From Camelus dromedarius (lineage: Eukaryota): 64,000 nt of DNA. A program made the position numbers and the translations under genes. Positions 26,300-39,393 of the stretch are shown here, in pieces. Position 1 is the first letter of the stretch. Each line of letters begins with the position of its first letter. Under the pieces are notes generated by a model. The model saw only the letters and a program-made list of their open reading frames with translations. It searched no databases and was not told where the DNA came from. The DNA is taken from the NCBI RefSeq assembly GCF_036321535.1, contig NC_087437.1, positions 43,836,001 to 43,900,000 of the forward strand. Reading direction: 5' to 3'.

Positions 26300-27560
26300 A
26301 AGTATTGTTTTTTTACACATAAAAAATTCAAGTATATAAAAATGTAAAGAAAGTCTTTCCTTAATTTTATCAATCACAGATAACTTTTATTGATCCATCA
26401 GTATATACTTTTCAGATCCTTGTGTGCATCTGTGTATATGTGGGTAGAGGAGAGAGATAAGTAAAGGATGCATTTTTTTTTTTTTTGAATAAGCTCACAC
26501 AGAAGATACATTTTATCCAGCAACTTGCCATGAACATCTTTCTATGTCAATAATTATTGGTTTACATTTTCATTTTTAATGGCTTCAGATTGTGTTGGTG
26601 TCACCCAGTATTTATGAACATTGAGAATTACAGTTTTCACCCATACATAATTCTGAAATAAATAAAACTTTCTATATCCATCAGATTATATTACAAAATA
26701 AATTTTAAAACTCAAAATAATGGAATTTTAGACATTTGATATTTACTACAAAATATTCTCTGGAAGATGTAACTATATACTTCCCCCAGCACTACACTCT
26801 TATAAATGTATTCTTTAATTGGGTAGGTGAACTTTGATATCTCAGCATTACTTTTTTATTTGTTTTTTTTCCATTAGTGATGTAGAATATAGAATTGAGC
26901 CTTGAACAACGTGTGTTTGAACTTTACAGGTCCACTTATAAATGGATTTTTTTTCACTAAATATGTGCTATAGTATTACCCCATCCATGGTTGGTTAAAT
27001 CTGTGGATGTGGAACCATAACTACATGTGAAATTATACATGAATTTCAGACTGCAGGTGGGATTGGCATCCCTAACCTCTGCGTCTTTCAAAGGTCAACT
27101 GTATTTTCAGTGTTTAGTAGCCACTATATTGCCTTTCATAAATTTCTTGTCCATGTTATGCTCATTTTTTACTTTTAGTATGGTCTTCTTTTTCTTATTG
27201 GTATTTAATAATTCTGTATATTTTTATCTCACCTATTTTTTTCTATCTTACAAATTTTAATTTTATTTATAGTTTCCTCAATTATTTGTTAATCTTTACC
27301 TTATGTTTTCTGGCTGTGGAGCCAGGCTAACAAAAAGCTTCCCCTACACAAAGTTATATGACAAATTATTTAAATTTTTCTTCAATTACCTTTTTATGTT
27401 TAATGTTAAATCCATAAGGACTTCATTCTTAGATATAATTTGAGACAAGAGTCTAATTTATTTTATTTCCAACTGGCTAGGCTGTTGACTGAGTACCACT
27501 TAACAAGTAGCCCAGACCTCCTCATTGATTTGAAATGCCTCAGTTATCATAATAGATGTT
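26300..27560 (-). mobile_element. Decayed L1ME-like fragment interrupted by a Tigger MITE
   Basis: 'catgaacatctttctatgtcaata...ttcatttttaatggct' and 'agtaccacttaacaagtagccc...tgatttgaaatgcc'. Confidence 0.65.
26893..27100 (+). mobile_element. MER8/Tigger2-like MITE
   Basis: Terminal inverted repeats 'aattgagccttgaacaac' and 'ttcaaaggtcaactg|ta', with internal 'ggtccacttataaatggatttt'. Confidence 0.85.
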
Positions 27561-27724
27561 TCAAACTGTGTTCTGAGGAAGTTTAGGGATTCTATGATGT
27601 GCTCTCAGGGGATTTGATTGGGGAGCTGGAAACTAGGTAACTGAGGCTTTCTTCTTACCTTCTTTATATCTCCCTTGAAATATCTGTATTTTTCCTGATT
27701 TTTTTTTCATATTTTAAAGTAATC

Positions 27725-27835
27725 TTTTTTTAGAAGCATAATTTGGCATATATATTAGTTTCAGATTTACAACATAATGATTCGATATTCATTTCGGTCT
27801 AGTTGACATCAATCAGCATGCATAGTTACAAATGT
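27725..27835 (-). mobile_element. Short L1MA9-like 3' end
   Basis: 'tatattagtttcagatttacaacataatgattcgatatt...catagttacaaat'. Confidence 0.6.
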
Positions 27836-27859
27836 ACAATTTCTTCTTAGTTTTTGAAA

Positions 27860-30800
27860 TTCAGCTTTATTGAAGTACACAGAATATGGATATTGTACTA
27901 TATATATATCGGTAAGATTGTATAGCCACTACTACATTCAAGATAGAGAACACTTCCATCAGTACAACAAACCTCCATTGTGCCTTTGTAGTTGATCCTC
28001 TTACTCTACTGCTGCCTCTGGCAACTACTGATCTGCTTTATACATTATGATTTAGATTTTTTTCTAGAAGTTTATATAAATGAAATAATACAGCAGTAGT
28101 CTTTTATGTCAGTCTTTTTTTTTTTTTTTTTTTTTTCACTTCAGCATAATGCTTGTGAGATTCATCCATGTTGTTCATGTTCAAGTAGTTTGTTCCTTCA
28201 TACTGCTGAGTAGCATTCAACCATCTGGATATATCACAATTTGTTTATCCATTCACATATGAATATCTGGGCATCATGAATATGGATGGATTTTTTGCCT
28301 ATCCTGAATAGAGTTACTATGAACATTCTTATACAGGTCCATGTGTGGTATTTTTTTTTTATTTCTTTAGAGTGAGTACCTAAGAGTGGGATTACTGGGT
28401 TGAATGGTCAATATGCATGTAACTTTATAATACACTTCATAAGAAATTACCAAATGGTTTTCTTAAGTGTCTGTACCATTTTGCATTCCTACTAGCAATG
28501 TATGAGAATTCAAGTTCAGTACATGTTTGCCAGCACTTAGTATGGACAGTCTTTTTAATTTTGGTCATGCTAGAGGGTAAGTAGTGTTATCTTATTGTGG
28601 TTTTAACTTGCATTTTCTTAATGACTAATGTCCTTTGCATTTCAACATAAATTATAGAAATAGTTTGCTAACTTCTGCAGAAAAACCTGCTAATATTTTA
28701 ATTTTGATTTTCTTGAATAATTTTGGAATGAACAAATTGAGGACAACTGACATTGTAACAGTATTAATGAACATGGTATATATTTTTATTTATTTAAATC
28801 TTCTTTAACTTGTTTGAACAATGTTTTATAGTTGACAGGGTACATGTTTTATAAAATTAAACAAATTATCTCGAAGTACTTCATATTTTGATGCTATTTG
28901 AAGTGGCACTTTAAAATTTTTTAATTTCTAGTTTTTGTTTCTAATGTATAAAATACAATTGATTTTGTATATTGATTTTATACTGTGTACTTGTTAAACT
29001 CATTTATTAGGTCTCATCATTTTATGTAGATTACTCAGGATTTTCTGCATGATCATTTTTTTCTGAAAGAAAGTTTTTCTTTTTTTCCAAACTGTATGCT
29101 TTTTATTGCTTATTTTTGCCTTATTTTACTAGCTGAGATATCCAGTACAATATTGAATATACACATGAGAAAAGCAGATGTCTTTTTTGTTGTTGTTGTT
29201 CCTGATATTATACGAAAAGCACTCAGTGTTTACCGTATCAGAATGATGTTAGCTGTAGGTTTTCAGAGATCCTGTGTTAGTCTGTTTGGGCTGCCATAAC
29301 AGAATACCACACTGGGTGGCTTAAACAACAGAAATTTATTTTCTCATAAAATAGGCTAGAAGTCCAAAATGAAGGCGCTATCAGGATTGTTTGCTGGTGA
29401 GGGCTCTCTACCTGACTTAAAGATGGCTGCCTTCTTATTATGCCCTCAGATGGCCTCTTCTCTGTAAGAGAGAGAGAAAGAAGGACAGGGGTGGCGGTGG
29501 AGGAGAAGGAGGAAAGAGAGAACTTAGAACCTTCTGGTATCTCTTCCTTTTTCTAGGAAGATACTAGTCTTGTTGTGTTGGGGCTCCACTCATATGACTT
29601 CTTTTAATCTTAATTATCTCCTTAAAGACCCCATCTCCAGTTCAGTCATGTTTGGGATTAGGGCTTCAACATATGACTTTAGAGAGAACACAGTTCAGAC
29701 CATAACAGATGACCTATATCAGATTGAAAAGTTTTCTTCTATTTCCAGTTAGCTTAAATATTTATTATGAATACCTGTTGAATTTTGTGAAATGCTTTTT
29801 GGCATCTATTCAGATGATCGTTTTTTTCTTTTTTTTTTTTTCAGTATTTTAATGTGGTGAATCACATAATGTACTTTTTGACTGTTAAACTCAACTTGCA
29901 TCTACTTAGCCATGTGTATTTGCTTATTATATGCATATATATAATTTATATATTATATATTTTATATATTGGGGAATACAGTTTACTAAAAATTTGTTAG
30001 GGACTTATTTTCATGTCTAATGGATCATAAAAGCATAAGAGATATTGATCTGTAATTTTCCTTTCTTGTAATGTCTTTGTTTTTGGATCAAGATGATGTT
30101 TACCTTATTAAGTGAGTTGGAAAATGTTCCCTCATCTTCTATTTTCTGAAAGAATTTGTGTAGAATTGATTTTTTTTTTTACTTTAATGTTTGATAGAAT
30201 TCCAAGTGATGCTGTCTTGGTTTGAAATTTTCTTTTGTAAAGGTTTTAAACTTGAGTTTAATTTCTGTCTTTGAAAAGGGCTATTTGGGTTATTTATTTC
30301 ATATTGAGTGATATCTTTAAAGGAATTTTTTGTTTCATCTAAGTTATTGAATTTATTGGCATAATATTGTTCCTAATATTCCTTCCTTATGCTTTTACTT
30401 TGTATATAGTCTGAGTGATGTTCTCTCTTTCATTCCTGATAATGGTAATTTGTATCATTTCTCATTTTCCTTGGTCAGTCTGTCTAGAGCTTAATAAATT
30501 TTACTGATTCTTTCAAAGAATCAGCTTTTAGTTTCATTGATTTTTCACTATTGTTTGTACTTCTTTTATTTTATATATATCTACTTTTACCTTTATTATT
30601 CCTTGTTTCTGTTAATTTTGGTTTAATTTCCTCTTTTTTTTTTTAGTTCTTTCAGGTGGAAACTTAAGGAAGGTGATATAAGAATTTCCTTCTATTCTAA
30701 TACAAGCATTTAATGTTATAATTTTCCTTCTAAGCACTGTTTTAGTTGCATTCACAAATTGTGATATAGTGTATTTTCATTTTCTTTCAATTAAAATATT

Positions 30801-32716
30801 ACTGAATTTACCATGTTTTTTCTTTTCCATTTGACTCAAGTGTTATTTGTAAGAGTGTTGGTTTCTAATATTTGGAGTTTTCCAGTTGTATTTCTGTTAC
30901 TGATTTCTTGTTTAATTTTATTGTGGTGAGAAATACACTGTGTATGATTTCAGTCTTTTACATTTATTGAAATTTATTTTATGACCCAGAATATGGTCCA
31001 TCTTGATGATTGTTCCACATGCTCTTGAAAAAGATGTAGAATGTTCTCCAAATGTTAATTAGATCATGTCAATAGATAGTGTCATTCAAATCTTCTACAT
31101 ACTTATTGACATTTTTCTGTACTTGTTCTATCAATTATTGAAATACATTTTGAAATCTCTTAGTGTAAATGTGTATTTTTCTAGTTCTTTTTAAGTTCTA
31201 CCTGTTTTTATTTCTTATTTTAAAAACATTTTATTAAGTGCATAAACCATTAGGAGTGTTATATTGATGAATTGACCCCTTTATCACTATGTAAGTATCC
31301 TTCTTGTCCTGATATTATCCATTACTTTCAGATCTTCTTTTTTGATATTAATATAGCCATTTCAGCTTTCTTTTGATTAATGTTTGCATGTTACTTCTGT
31401 CCCTATCTTTTACTTTTAATCTATATGCCTTCACATTTAAAGTAATTTTATTTTTTAGATAGTATGTAGTTTTTTCATTCAGTCTCTACCTTTTAATTGG
31501 TTGTTCACATCATTTATATTATATGTTGTTACTCCTATGTTTGGGTTTAAATCAACTGACTTGATATTTGTTTTCTTTTTCTCTTGTTTGCTCTTTATTA
31601 CTTTCCCTCTCTTTTCTCTTTTGTATTAGATAAAGAGAATATATTTTCTGATTCCATTTTATCTTCACTATCTGTGCCATTTTGTTTTATTTGTTTAATG
31701 GTTACTCCAAAGTCTACAACGTGAGCTTTAACTTACAAGTTCACTATCAAATAATATGCTACTTCATGTAAAAATGTAAGAACCTGATAACAATATACTT
31801 CCATTTCCTCCCTCTTCCTTGTTTTCTTGCTTTCATAATTTTACTGCTCTCTGTTATAAACCTTAGAATAATGGTGTATTATTTTTTGCCTTTAAAGTGA
31901 TTAAAATGAGAAACATTATACCCTATAGTTACTATGTATTTACCATTTTCATAACTCTTCATCTTTTGTGCAGATTCTCATTTATATCATCCTTTTGTGT
32001 TTCTTTCATAAACACAAAAAGTTCTCCTTCGTTTTCTTGTTGTTTCATTTTAGTTCTTTAAAGTATCTGCCATTGTCTTCAATCTTTCATTTTCTGATGA
32101 GAAGTTGGCTGTAATTCTCATCTTTGTTCTTTTGTAGAGAATATGCTTTCCTTTCCTCTGGTTGCTTTCACTGTGGTATGATTCTCTGGAGACTCTTCTG
32201 AATGTCCCGGGTATTCTTTGATGTCTCTCCAGCATAACTGGTGGAAGTCTTTCTCCAAAACTGTGAGCTCTAAGAAATGTTTATTCTACTGTTTTCCAGT
32301 GATTCTTTCCCTAGAATCAAGTGATTTCTACCCACGTAGGGCAGATCAGTAGCCACCAAACTCCTGGAATGGACTTCCATGCAGATATTTAGAGCTTTCT
32401 CAATCTGTGCAGTATGGGTATCCTTGGTGTTATTTCCCACAGATTCAAGCTGCCTTGGCCTTTCCAAACTAATCTCTATCTCCCCAACTTAGTGAGGCAG
32501 CCAAGATCTGTTTGGCTTCTTTTGTCCAAGCTACCTCTTGGAAACTGCCTCCAAGCACAAACTGGGCAATCATAAGACTCATCTTTCTTATTTCTCTTCT
32601 CTCAGAAGTCACTGTTCAGTGTTACTTGTTGAATGTCTGATAATAGTGTTTTCATATACTTATTCTGGTTTTCTTGTTGTTTATGGTAAGAATGTTAGTT
32701 TCATTTCTGGTTACTT
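27860..32716 (-). mobile_element. L1ME-like element with both 3' end and 5'-UTR-like end, internally deleted
   Basis: 3' end 'ttcagctttattgaagta...accactactacattcaagatagagaacacttccatc'. ORF1-like piece 'KRTKMRITANFSSE' in ORF 32050-32235. 5'-end-like 'ctggttacttcacttttattgaagtggaag'. Confidence 0.8.
29273..29707 (-). mobile_element. MLT1A-like MaLR solo LTR nested in L1
   Basis: TG...CA ends ('tgtgttagtctgtttgggctgccataacag' ... 'cagttcagaccataaca'). Degenerate 5-bp TSD gatcc/gatga. Confidence 0.9.
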
Positions 32717-34689
32717 CACTTTTATTGAAGTGGAAGCCTACAGCATCTTTGAAAAAGATGTCCAGGGCCAAAATATAAGCTTGAATTCCAGTGATACGCT
32801 GATGTCTTATATACCTTCATCTGCTTCTAGATTGTTCATTCTAAGTATCTACTTGCTTATTTATCTATTAACTTATTATTTATGGGTCACCAATGCCACA
32901 TCAATTTAATTATTGTATTCATTTTTAATAAATACATATTTAATTATTGTTTGTTTTAAAATTATTTAATTGATATGTTTAATTTCATGTAAATTTTAAT
33001 ATTCCTCAAAGTTTTTAAAAATATTGATAAGATCAGCTGCAGAGGTGGGGTGAAAGAGGTGTTTCATACTGTCAGTATTGTTTTCTGTAGGCTCTTGTTT
33101 TCATTGAGTAAAATTCAGTTTAGAGATCCTCTTGTCATCTTGTGCTTCCAGAGTTTATTCTCTACTGTGTTGACCCAGGTGTGAAACATCTCTGTTTACA
33201 AAACCCATTCACAAAAGGCATATGAGATTCATTTTATTAAATATCTGGGTTTGGAGGGACAGCACTGCAGTGTAGTAATACAAACAGTTTCACATAAAAT
33301 ATGAGACATTGTTGTTTTTAAAAGTCCTTTTTATACCCCAACATCAGACTTTTATTTTACCACTTTCCTCAGCACCATGCCTAATTGAGTCTTGCTGATG
33401 TCTTATTTCATCTAATTTTCCTCCTTCTCAGCACTCTTCTCTCTACCCACCCACCTTTGAAATTTTGATTACTTCTAGTACAAAGACATTTAGCCACATC
33501 TTTACCTGTATTGGAACCTACTGTACTAGACCCTCTGTTCCTACTTTCACCCCAACTGAACCATCAATGGTTTCTAAATTTCTGCTGCTTACTGTTAAGA
33601 TAATGAATTTTTCACCCCGCTACTTTTATAAAATAATGCTCTATATGTCTGAATTTTGTATTTCTATTTTAATTTTCAAAATTGAAGATGTATATTATTC
33701 CTAGGAGATTTGATGGCTGTGGAGCACTCCAGATGCTACTGCCTTAATCATAGTCCTGAGCAAGAGTAATGATAAATTACCAATATACAAGTTTCATAAG
33801 AGACAATCACTTAAAGAGCCATATGAAAAATATCTGCAATATCTAACCAACTACAATATAAAGTTTCCAATTCAAGACATCTAATATGAAATGCATATAT
33901 TCATTTATGCCCATGGATTTAATTGATGATTATCTACACTTTTACTTGTTTGACTATTGGTGTAATTGATTAGTTACTAGATAATTATTAATTTTTTTTA
34001 GGGAAATTAAAATGAATTATACACATGAATAGATCCAAGTACCTATGTATCATTTGTCCTATTTCAAATTTGGGGTGGGCTCTTTTTTCATAAAAGAATA
34101 TGTTTGCTTCCATGTTATTGCTTACTGTTTCTTCCAAATTGTATACATGTTCTTATATTTTTCTTTGATTGTATGTATGTTTTATTATTAACTGTTGGAA
34201 AGAATAAAGTCAATTTGGAAAATAACAGTACTTCTTTTTACTGAGGAATATTACCTTTTATTAATTTTTGCTCCCAAAAGAATTATATGTCATCATTTGT
34301 AAATTACTATACTAGGTACCATGAAGCTAGTGTACCTAGTGCTTGGAAGCTAGTGCTTCCAAGGATATTAATATCTAGTTGAAGCCATAGAATATAAAGA
34401 ATGCTTACAAATTAGTTCAAATGTAATACTCTAAATAGATGTCAGAAAGAAAGCAATGACTCTAAGGGAGCAAGCAGAATGAAGCAGTATTAATCAGGAA
34501 GGCATCATGAGGTGAATTTGGAATAAATGCTAAATGCAAGGAAAGAGCATTTCAGAAAATGTTACCAGGTGGGGAAGAATATAAGGCTCTCAGTCATAGG
34601 AGATGATATAAACACAGTAAAAGCAAAGCATAGCCCTCTTCTGTTGGGTTCCTACTTACTCTTCTTTTATAACTTGTAACTTTTAAAAA

Positions 34690-34880
34690 TGTAGGTTCAG
34701 AGTCAAATATTGCTTCAAATTCTGTTCCACCACATACTGGTTATGTGTTCTTGAACAAGCTTCATTTTTCTCGTCTTTAAAAATGGGGATAAAATGAACC
34801 TACCTTGAGGATAAAATGAAATGGTGCGTCTAAAGCCTTTTGCACAGAGCTGGGCAAATAGTAACTACTAAGTTAATTAC
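34690..34880 (+). mobile_element. MIR
   Basis: 'agagtcaaa...ttcaaattctgttccaccacatactggttatgtgttcttgaacaag...aaaatggggataa'. Confidence 0.7.
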
Positions 34881-36583
34881 ATTACAGCTCTTAGTATGTG
34901 TTTGCATTATAATTAGCAGTTAGCACATTTTACAATGCTTATTTGTCACTGTGGTGGGCTATAATCCTTTGAATGGGGCAGCTTTTATATCAGGTACTAT
35001 ATTGATAAATATTATAGGTATGTGATGAATTTTTATAGAACAAATAATTGTTTGGCCAAAGTAGAGAAACCTTTTGAAGAAGTAACTGGTTGGAATCAGA
35101 GAAATAACAATTGGAGAAAAACCTTAAAGGCTGTGGAGTAGAGTTTAAATTGAATAGAATTGTGTTTAGTGATGAAATTATGTTTGGGGAACATAACTGG
35201 CAGTGGTGGATTAAGGTAGCATGAGACTAGTTTGAAATTGTCCCAATACATTGCCTAGAAAAAGGAAAGAACCCTTTTTGGTTAAGTTCTAAAACTAGTC
35301 TTAGATAACAAAAGACATTAACCATGGGCAAAAGATCAAAGAAATGAGAGGAAAGAAATTGTAGAGTAGGAGATGAGAGCAGAGGTAGCTGACAATGTGA
35401 ATGGAAATAAAAATGGAAGATTGAGCCAAGAAGGTCTTTTGCTACTAGAATACCATAGAACATTTATTGTCAATTTTCATACTAATCTACAACATTGGCA
35501 AACAAAAATACATTTTAGTGGTCACACTTTCCATACTGCCTTCCTTTGTTTTCTCTTAGTGGAGCTGTAAGTATTATATTCCAGGAGCAAGTACGTCTGA
35601 AGTATTGACATATTTTTCCCCTTTCACTTCTTGTTAGTATTCTGGGAGCAATCTTATTTTTATTTAGTTAATGGCATTTAATCACAGTACAGTGTGTATT
35701 CAGGTATCAGTTATACATCCTTCTATTTGATTCACCACTGTATATATGGAAGGCAATGCTACCTGCCCTGAGATACTTTTTCCCCCGCTGGGGGAAAGGA
35801 AATTACTACTTAAACATTAGTACACAGTAGTTCAATTTTTGTTTGCATACTTCAATTCTACCTGATAATTCTATTTTACTAACTAAGAGTTGTTTTTGAA
35901 AGAGCCCACGAGGCCTTTATGAACTGACTGGAACTGAAAACTCATTTCTCATAGTTGCCCTAGGAAAACTGTCTCACTGAATATATACTTTAGTAGAATT
36001 CATTTGGATTAATTTGAAAGGCTTCCTATGAAATTATTCATTAATAAGATGATAAAAATTAATTAGTATACTGTTATCTAATAAAAGTGATTCATTTTTT
36101 TTTTATTACCTTTGCTTAAAATCATGGGTATGTATAGTTTTGGAACAACCCCTATGATATAGTTCTGTGTTTGCTGAAGGTCTACACATTTTTCACTCTA
36201 TCAAAGTTAGGAGAAAATTATGAAAGGTGTGTTTTAATGATTAATGAGGAGAAAAATTTAAGCTTAAGTCATTTCTATAATGTTGTTATATATCCAAATT
36301 ATGGAAATTTCTTCATGAAATTTGAGCAAAAATCAAGAAATGAATGAATTTGAAAGCCTGATAAGTAACAATACTATTGTGACTTTAAAATTATTTGTTA
36401 GGTTATTAAAATATGTATGAATTAATTTTGAAAGCTCCTTTGCTATAGTTAATTCTAAAATTAATTTTTAAGTGAATGTGATTTTCCTGTAGTAAAATAC
36501 ATATACTTTCAGTGTAGATTGTGATGTGAAGTTTTTTCCAACCTGAAGACTAATTTTTATTTTGTTTTCTATATTATTATTAG

Positions 36584-36615
36584 AGAAGATGAACAAAATT
36601 TCATATTCTGATTAA
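36584..36615 (+). CDS. Start of a candidate terminal exon (EDEQNFIF* or EKMNKISYSD*; untranslated if the stop lies upstream)
   Basis: Branch-point-like CTAAT at 36550, tract 'ttttattttgttttctatattattattag|', then GAAGATGAA-rich sequence. Continuing the two open frames of the 21905 exon gives TGA at 36609-36611 or TAA at 36613-36615. Confidence 0.5.
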
Positions 36616-37294
36616 GACTTGGATTTATAGAGTTTCTTAGGGGTCATGGTTGCTATTTCCGTATCTTCTACTGACTGTTAAATGTTATGTAAGGGACTCC
36701 TTGTCTATGACAGTGAAACTTTCTTTCACCAAGAGAAGGCATTGTATATGTTCATCTTTAATTGCAGTACTTCTAAAACAGTTATCATAGCAGTTCCTGG
36801 TCATATTCTTAGAATTATAATTGTACTTGCTTGTTAGATTTAATATAAAATAGTGTTGATATACATATTAGGATGTTTTCCTGGAATGGTAATATAACGC
36901 GGCAAGTGTTTCTGTCTTTGCCCTGGATATTATATTCTTTTTTTTCTTAATCAGTTTTAAAAAATTATACTTGAAGAAAACCTAGATGAGGTACTTAGCT
37001 AATGAATAGCTGACTTTGCTTTTGATAGTTTTGAGAAGTTTTCAATTCAAGTTGAACTTTTAAAAATTGTTTTTCTTTTTTGAAGAGAAAACGTTTGCTT
37101 TGGTTATAAGATCAAATTGGCATCTAGTGATGCATGGCACCAAGCTAAATACCTTGTGATTGCTCCTTAATTGATGGTATAATAGATGATTTTTCCATTG
37201 ACTTGCTCATGTCCTTGTACATGTTTCTTTCAGAACTTTCTGGTATATTTTTTGTCACTCACTGATTTCTTCCTGAAACCAGAATGTCATTAAA
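36616..37294 (+). other. Putative 3' UTR ending near an ATTAAA poly(A) signal
   Basis: Unique AT-rich sequence after the candidate stops. ATTAAA at 37289-37294 lies just before repeats resume. Confidence 0.3.
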
Positions 37295-37299
37295 AAATT

Positions 37300-37710
37300 A
37301 CTCAAACTCAAATGTTAGAGGCCATGTAGGTAAAATAGATGAATGTAGTGTAAAAATGATCTCTGGTAACTAACACAAGGCCTCCGTGCTGGTGAGGAAG
37401 TAGGGAGTTGTGGGGACTCTAGGTACTTGGAGGATATGTGTTCTATTAAAGGACAGTAGTCGCTAACCAACTTCATTCAATTTTTACTGTGTTGGTATGA
37501 TGTCCCAGAGTTGCCAAACCTTTCAGTTATATAGAGAAGCTGAAAATCTGTGTGTGTGTGTCTGTGTCTGTGTCTGTGTCTGTGTCTGTGTCTGTGTCTG
37601 TGTCTGTGTGTGTGTATATAATTTCCTTATTTTTGAAGTTTGGCAAACAATTTTTAAAAACCAGTCTCTGGTCCAACACTATTTGGCATATCAACTACTA
37701 AAGAACAAAT
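37300..37710 (+). mobile_element. MER102-like hAT-Charlie element carrying a microsatellite
   Basis: 'gtggggactctagg...cccagagttgccaaacctttcag...agagaagctgaaaatctg...tttgaagtttggcaa'. Confidence 0.7.
37549..37614. repeat. Compound microsatellite (TG)n/(TGTGTC)n
   Basis: Read directly. Produces the CVCVCV run in ORF 37497. Confidence 0.95.
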
Positions 37711-38033
37711 TGCTTTAGGATCTCTCATTTAAAGTTTTGTCTTTAAAAATAAGACTTTAATTGTAATGTAGTTTAGGTGTATTTTTTTTAAATGGAAAAT
37801 GCTATTTAAAAATATTTTTGATTCCCATCTTTTTAAACCCATCTACATGTAAACCAGGCCCAAGGTTGACAGTTTGGATGAGAAAAGGCTGTTTAGAGAA
37901 CATCTCTCTCTCCTTTCAACATCTAAGTCTTGTGTTTCTACCTGGTGTGTTGTACTGTCCTTACTCCCCAAAACCAGTTAATTAACAAGTTCAGTTAATG
38001 CTACCTCCTTAATAGCTTTAATTTCTATTCACT

Positions 38034-38111
38034 TGACATCCATCTCCACTAGGTGACATCCATCTCCACTAGGTGACATTCATCACCACTAGGTGACATC
38101 CATCTCAACTA
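38034..38111. repeat. 20-bp minisatellite, about 3.9 copies
   Basis: Unit tgacatccatctccactagg. Copies start at 38034, 38054, 38074 and 38094. Confidence 0.95.
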
Positions 38112-38480
38112 TTCTGGTTGAATCCACCTTCATCTTTCATCTGATCAGTGACACTGTTTCCAGTTTGGAAGCATTGTCTTTGCTTTTAATCTTTCCAAAA
38201 CCATTCTTCACACTTGAGACAGAGGAATGACCTAACTATAAAGTAAATCACAGCCCTACTTCAGATCTTTCGAGGATTCTCCATTAACCTTAGAATAAAA
38301 TCTAATCACCTTAACATGACCTGCAAGGCCCTTTATTATCTGGTCTTTGGTTACAGGTCTAGCTTTATCTCTTGTCATTCCTCTTCATATTCCATGCTAT
38401 AGTCAGATTGAATTCCTTCGACATTTATGCTTTCTCTTGTTTATGGGCCTTTATAAGTGTGATCCTCCAGCCCAGGCCTC
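38112..38480 (+). mobile_element. L2 fragment
   Basis: 'tctccattaaccttagaataaaatctaatcaccttaacatgacctgcaaggccctt'. Confidence 0.7.
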
Positions 38481-38792
38481 TTCCTCTTACCTATTCTGCA
38501 GCAAATTGGTGTGTGACGGAGAGGACAGGTATACCACAAGGAAGTTCAGATCTAGTCTAATTGCACCGAACACATGGTTGTCCCAGTTTCCCTTTCAAAG
38601 ACCAGAGCCTGGTCAACTTTTTAAGAAAACAGAAGTGGCAGCCTTTACATGATAAGTCTCTTTGTATTCTGGGTTTTAGCAAGCAAAGTCTCAGTGATTT
38701 GAATTATCCAGTGTAGGAAAAGCTCTGATATTACAAAGATAAAATTTATTTGTGTCAGCATGTTTTCTCTCTCCCTTTGTATTTGTGTCTAG

Positions 38793-38809
38793 CTCTCTGT
38801 CTCTCTCTC

Positions 38810-38846
<37 letters not shown>

Positions 38847-38863
38847 GACACACACACACACAC
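38793..38863. repeat. (CT)n(CA)n compound microsatellite
   Basis: Read directly. Confidence 0.95.
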
Positions 38864-39393
38864 ATTCACACATCACATCTATGAGACAGGGACATCAAAC
38901 AAAAAACATTAAAGAGAGCTTTATTAGAAGCAATAATTCTGGCTTAAACCAGCATTTGAAGAATATGCTTAATATACAGATTTTATATTATTTAACATAA
39001 GAATAACATTTCAAAGTAAATAATTTTTTTATAAGTCTGAAAGATAAGATCATTCAGAACCTTCAAAATTAAGATCAGGGTTAACCCTTAGCAAAGTTGT
39101 CGAAATGAGTAAATGAATGAATGAAAGGTGTTTTTTACTTTTGTTTTTGTGTGTGTGTTTGTGTGGGTTGTTAGTTTTTTGTGCTTCCTATCTTTCTTTC
39201 ATTGCCCTTTTCTTACCTTCCTGTTTTCAATATCCCTTTCAAAGAAATGCCACACACAATGGTGTCTGTATGTCCCACTGGGTGCAATGGAATCATTATC
39301 TTATGTGTCCTCTAGTTTGTTCCCATATTAATACAGCCAGTGGTTGAATAGACTCTTTTGGTGGTCATATAACACTAACCAGGAACTTAGAGA

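Noticed and set aside
38034..38111. CRISPR-like repeat array
   Set aside because: Units are contiguous with no unique spacers, there are no cas genes, and the context is mammalian.
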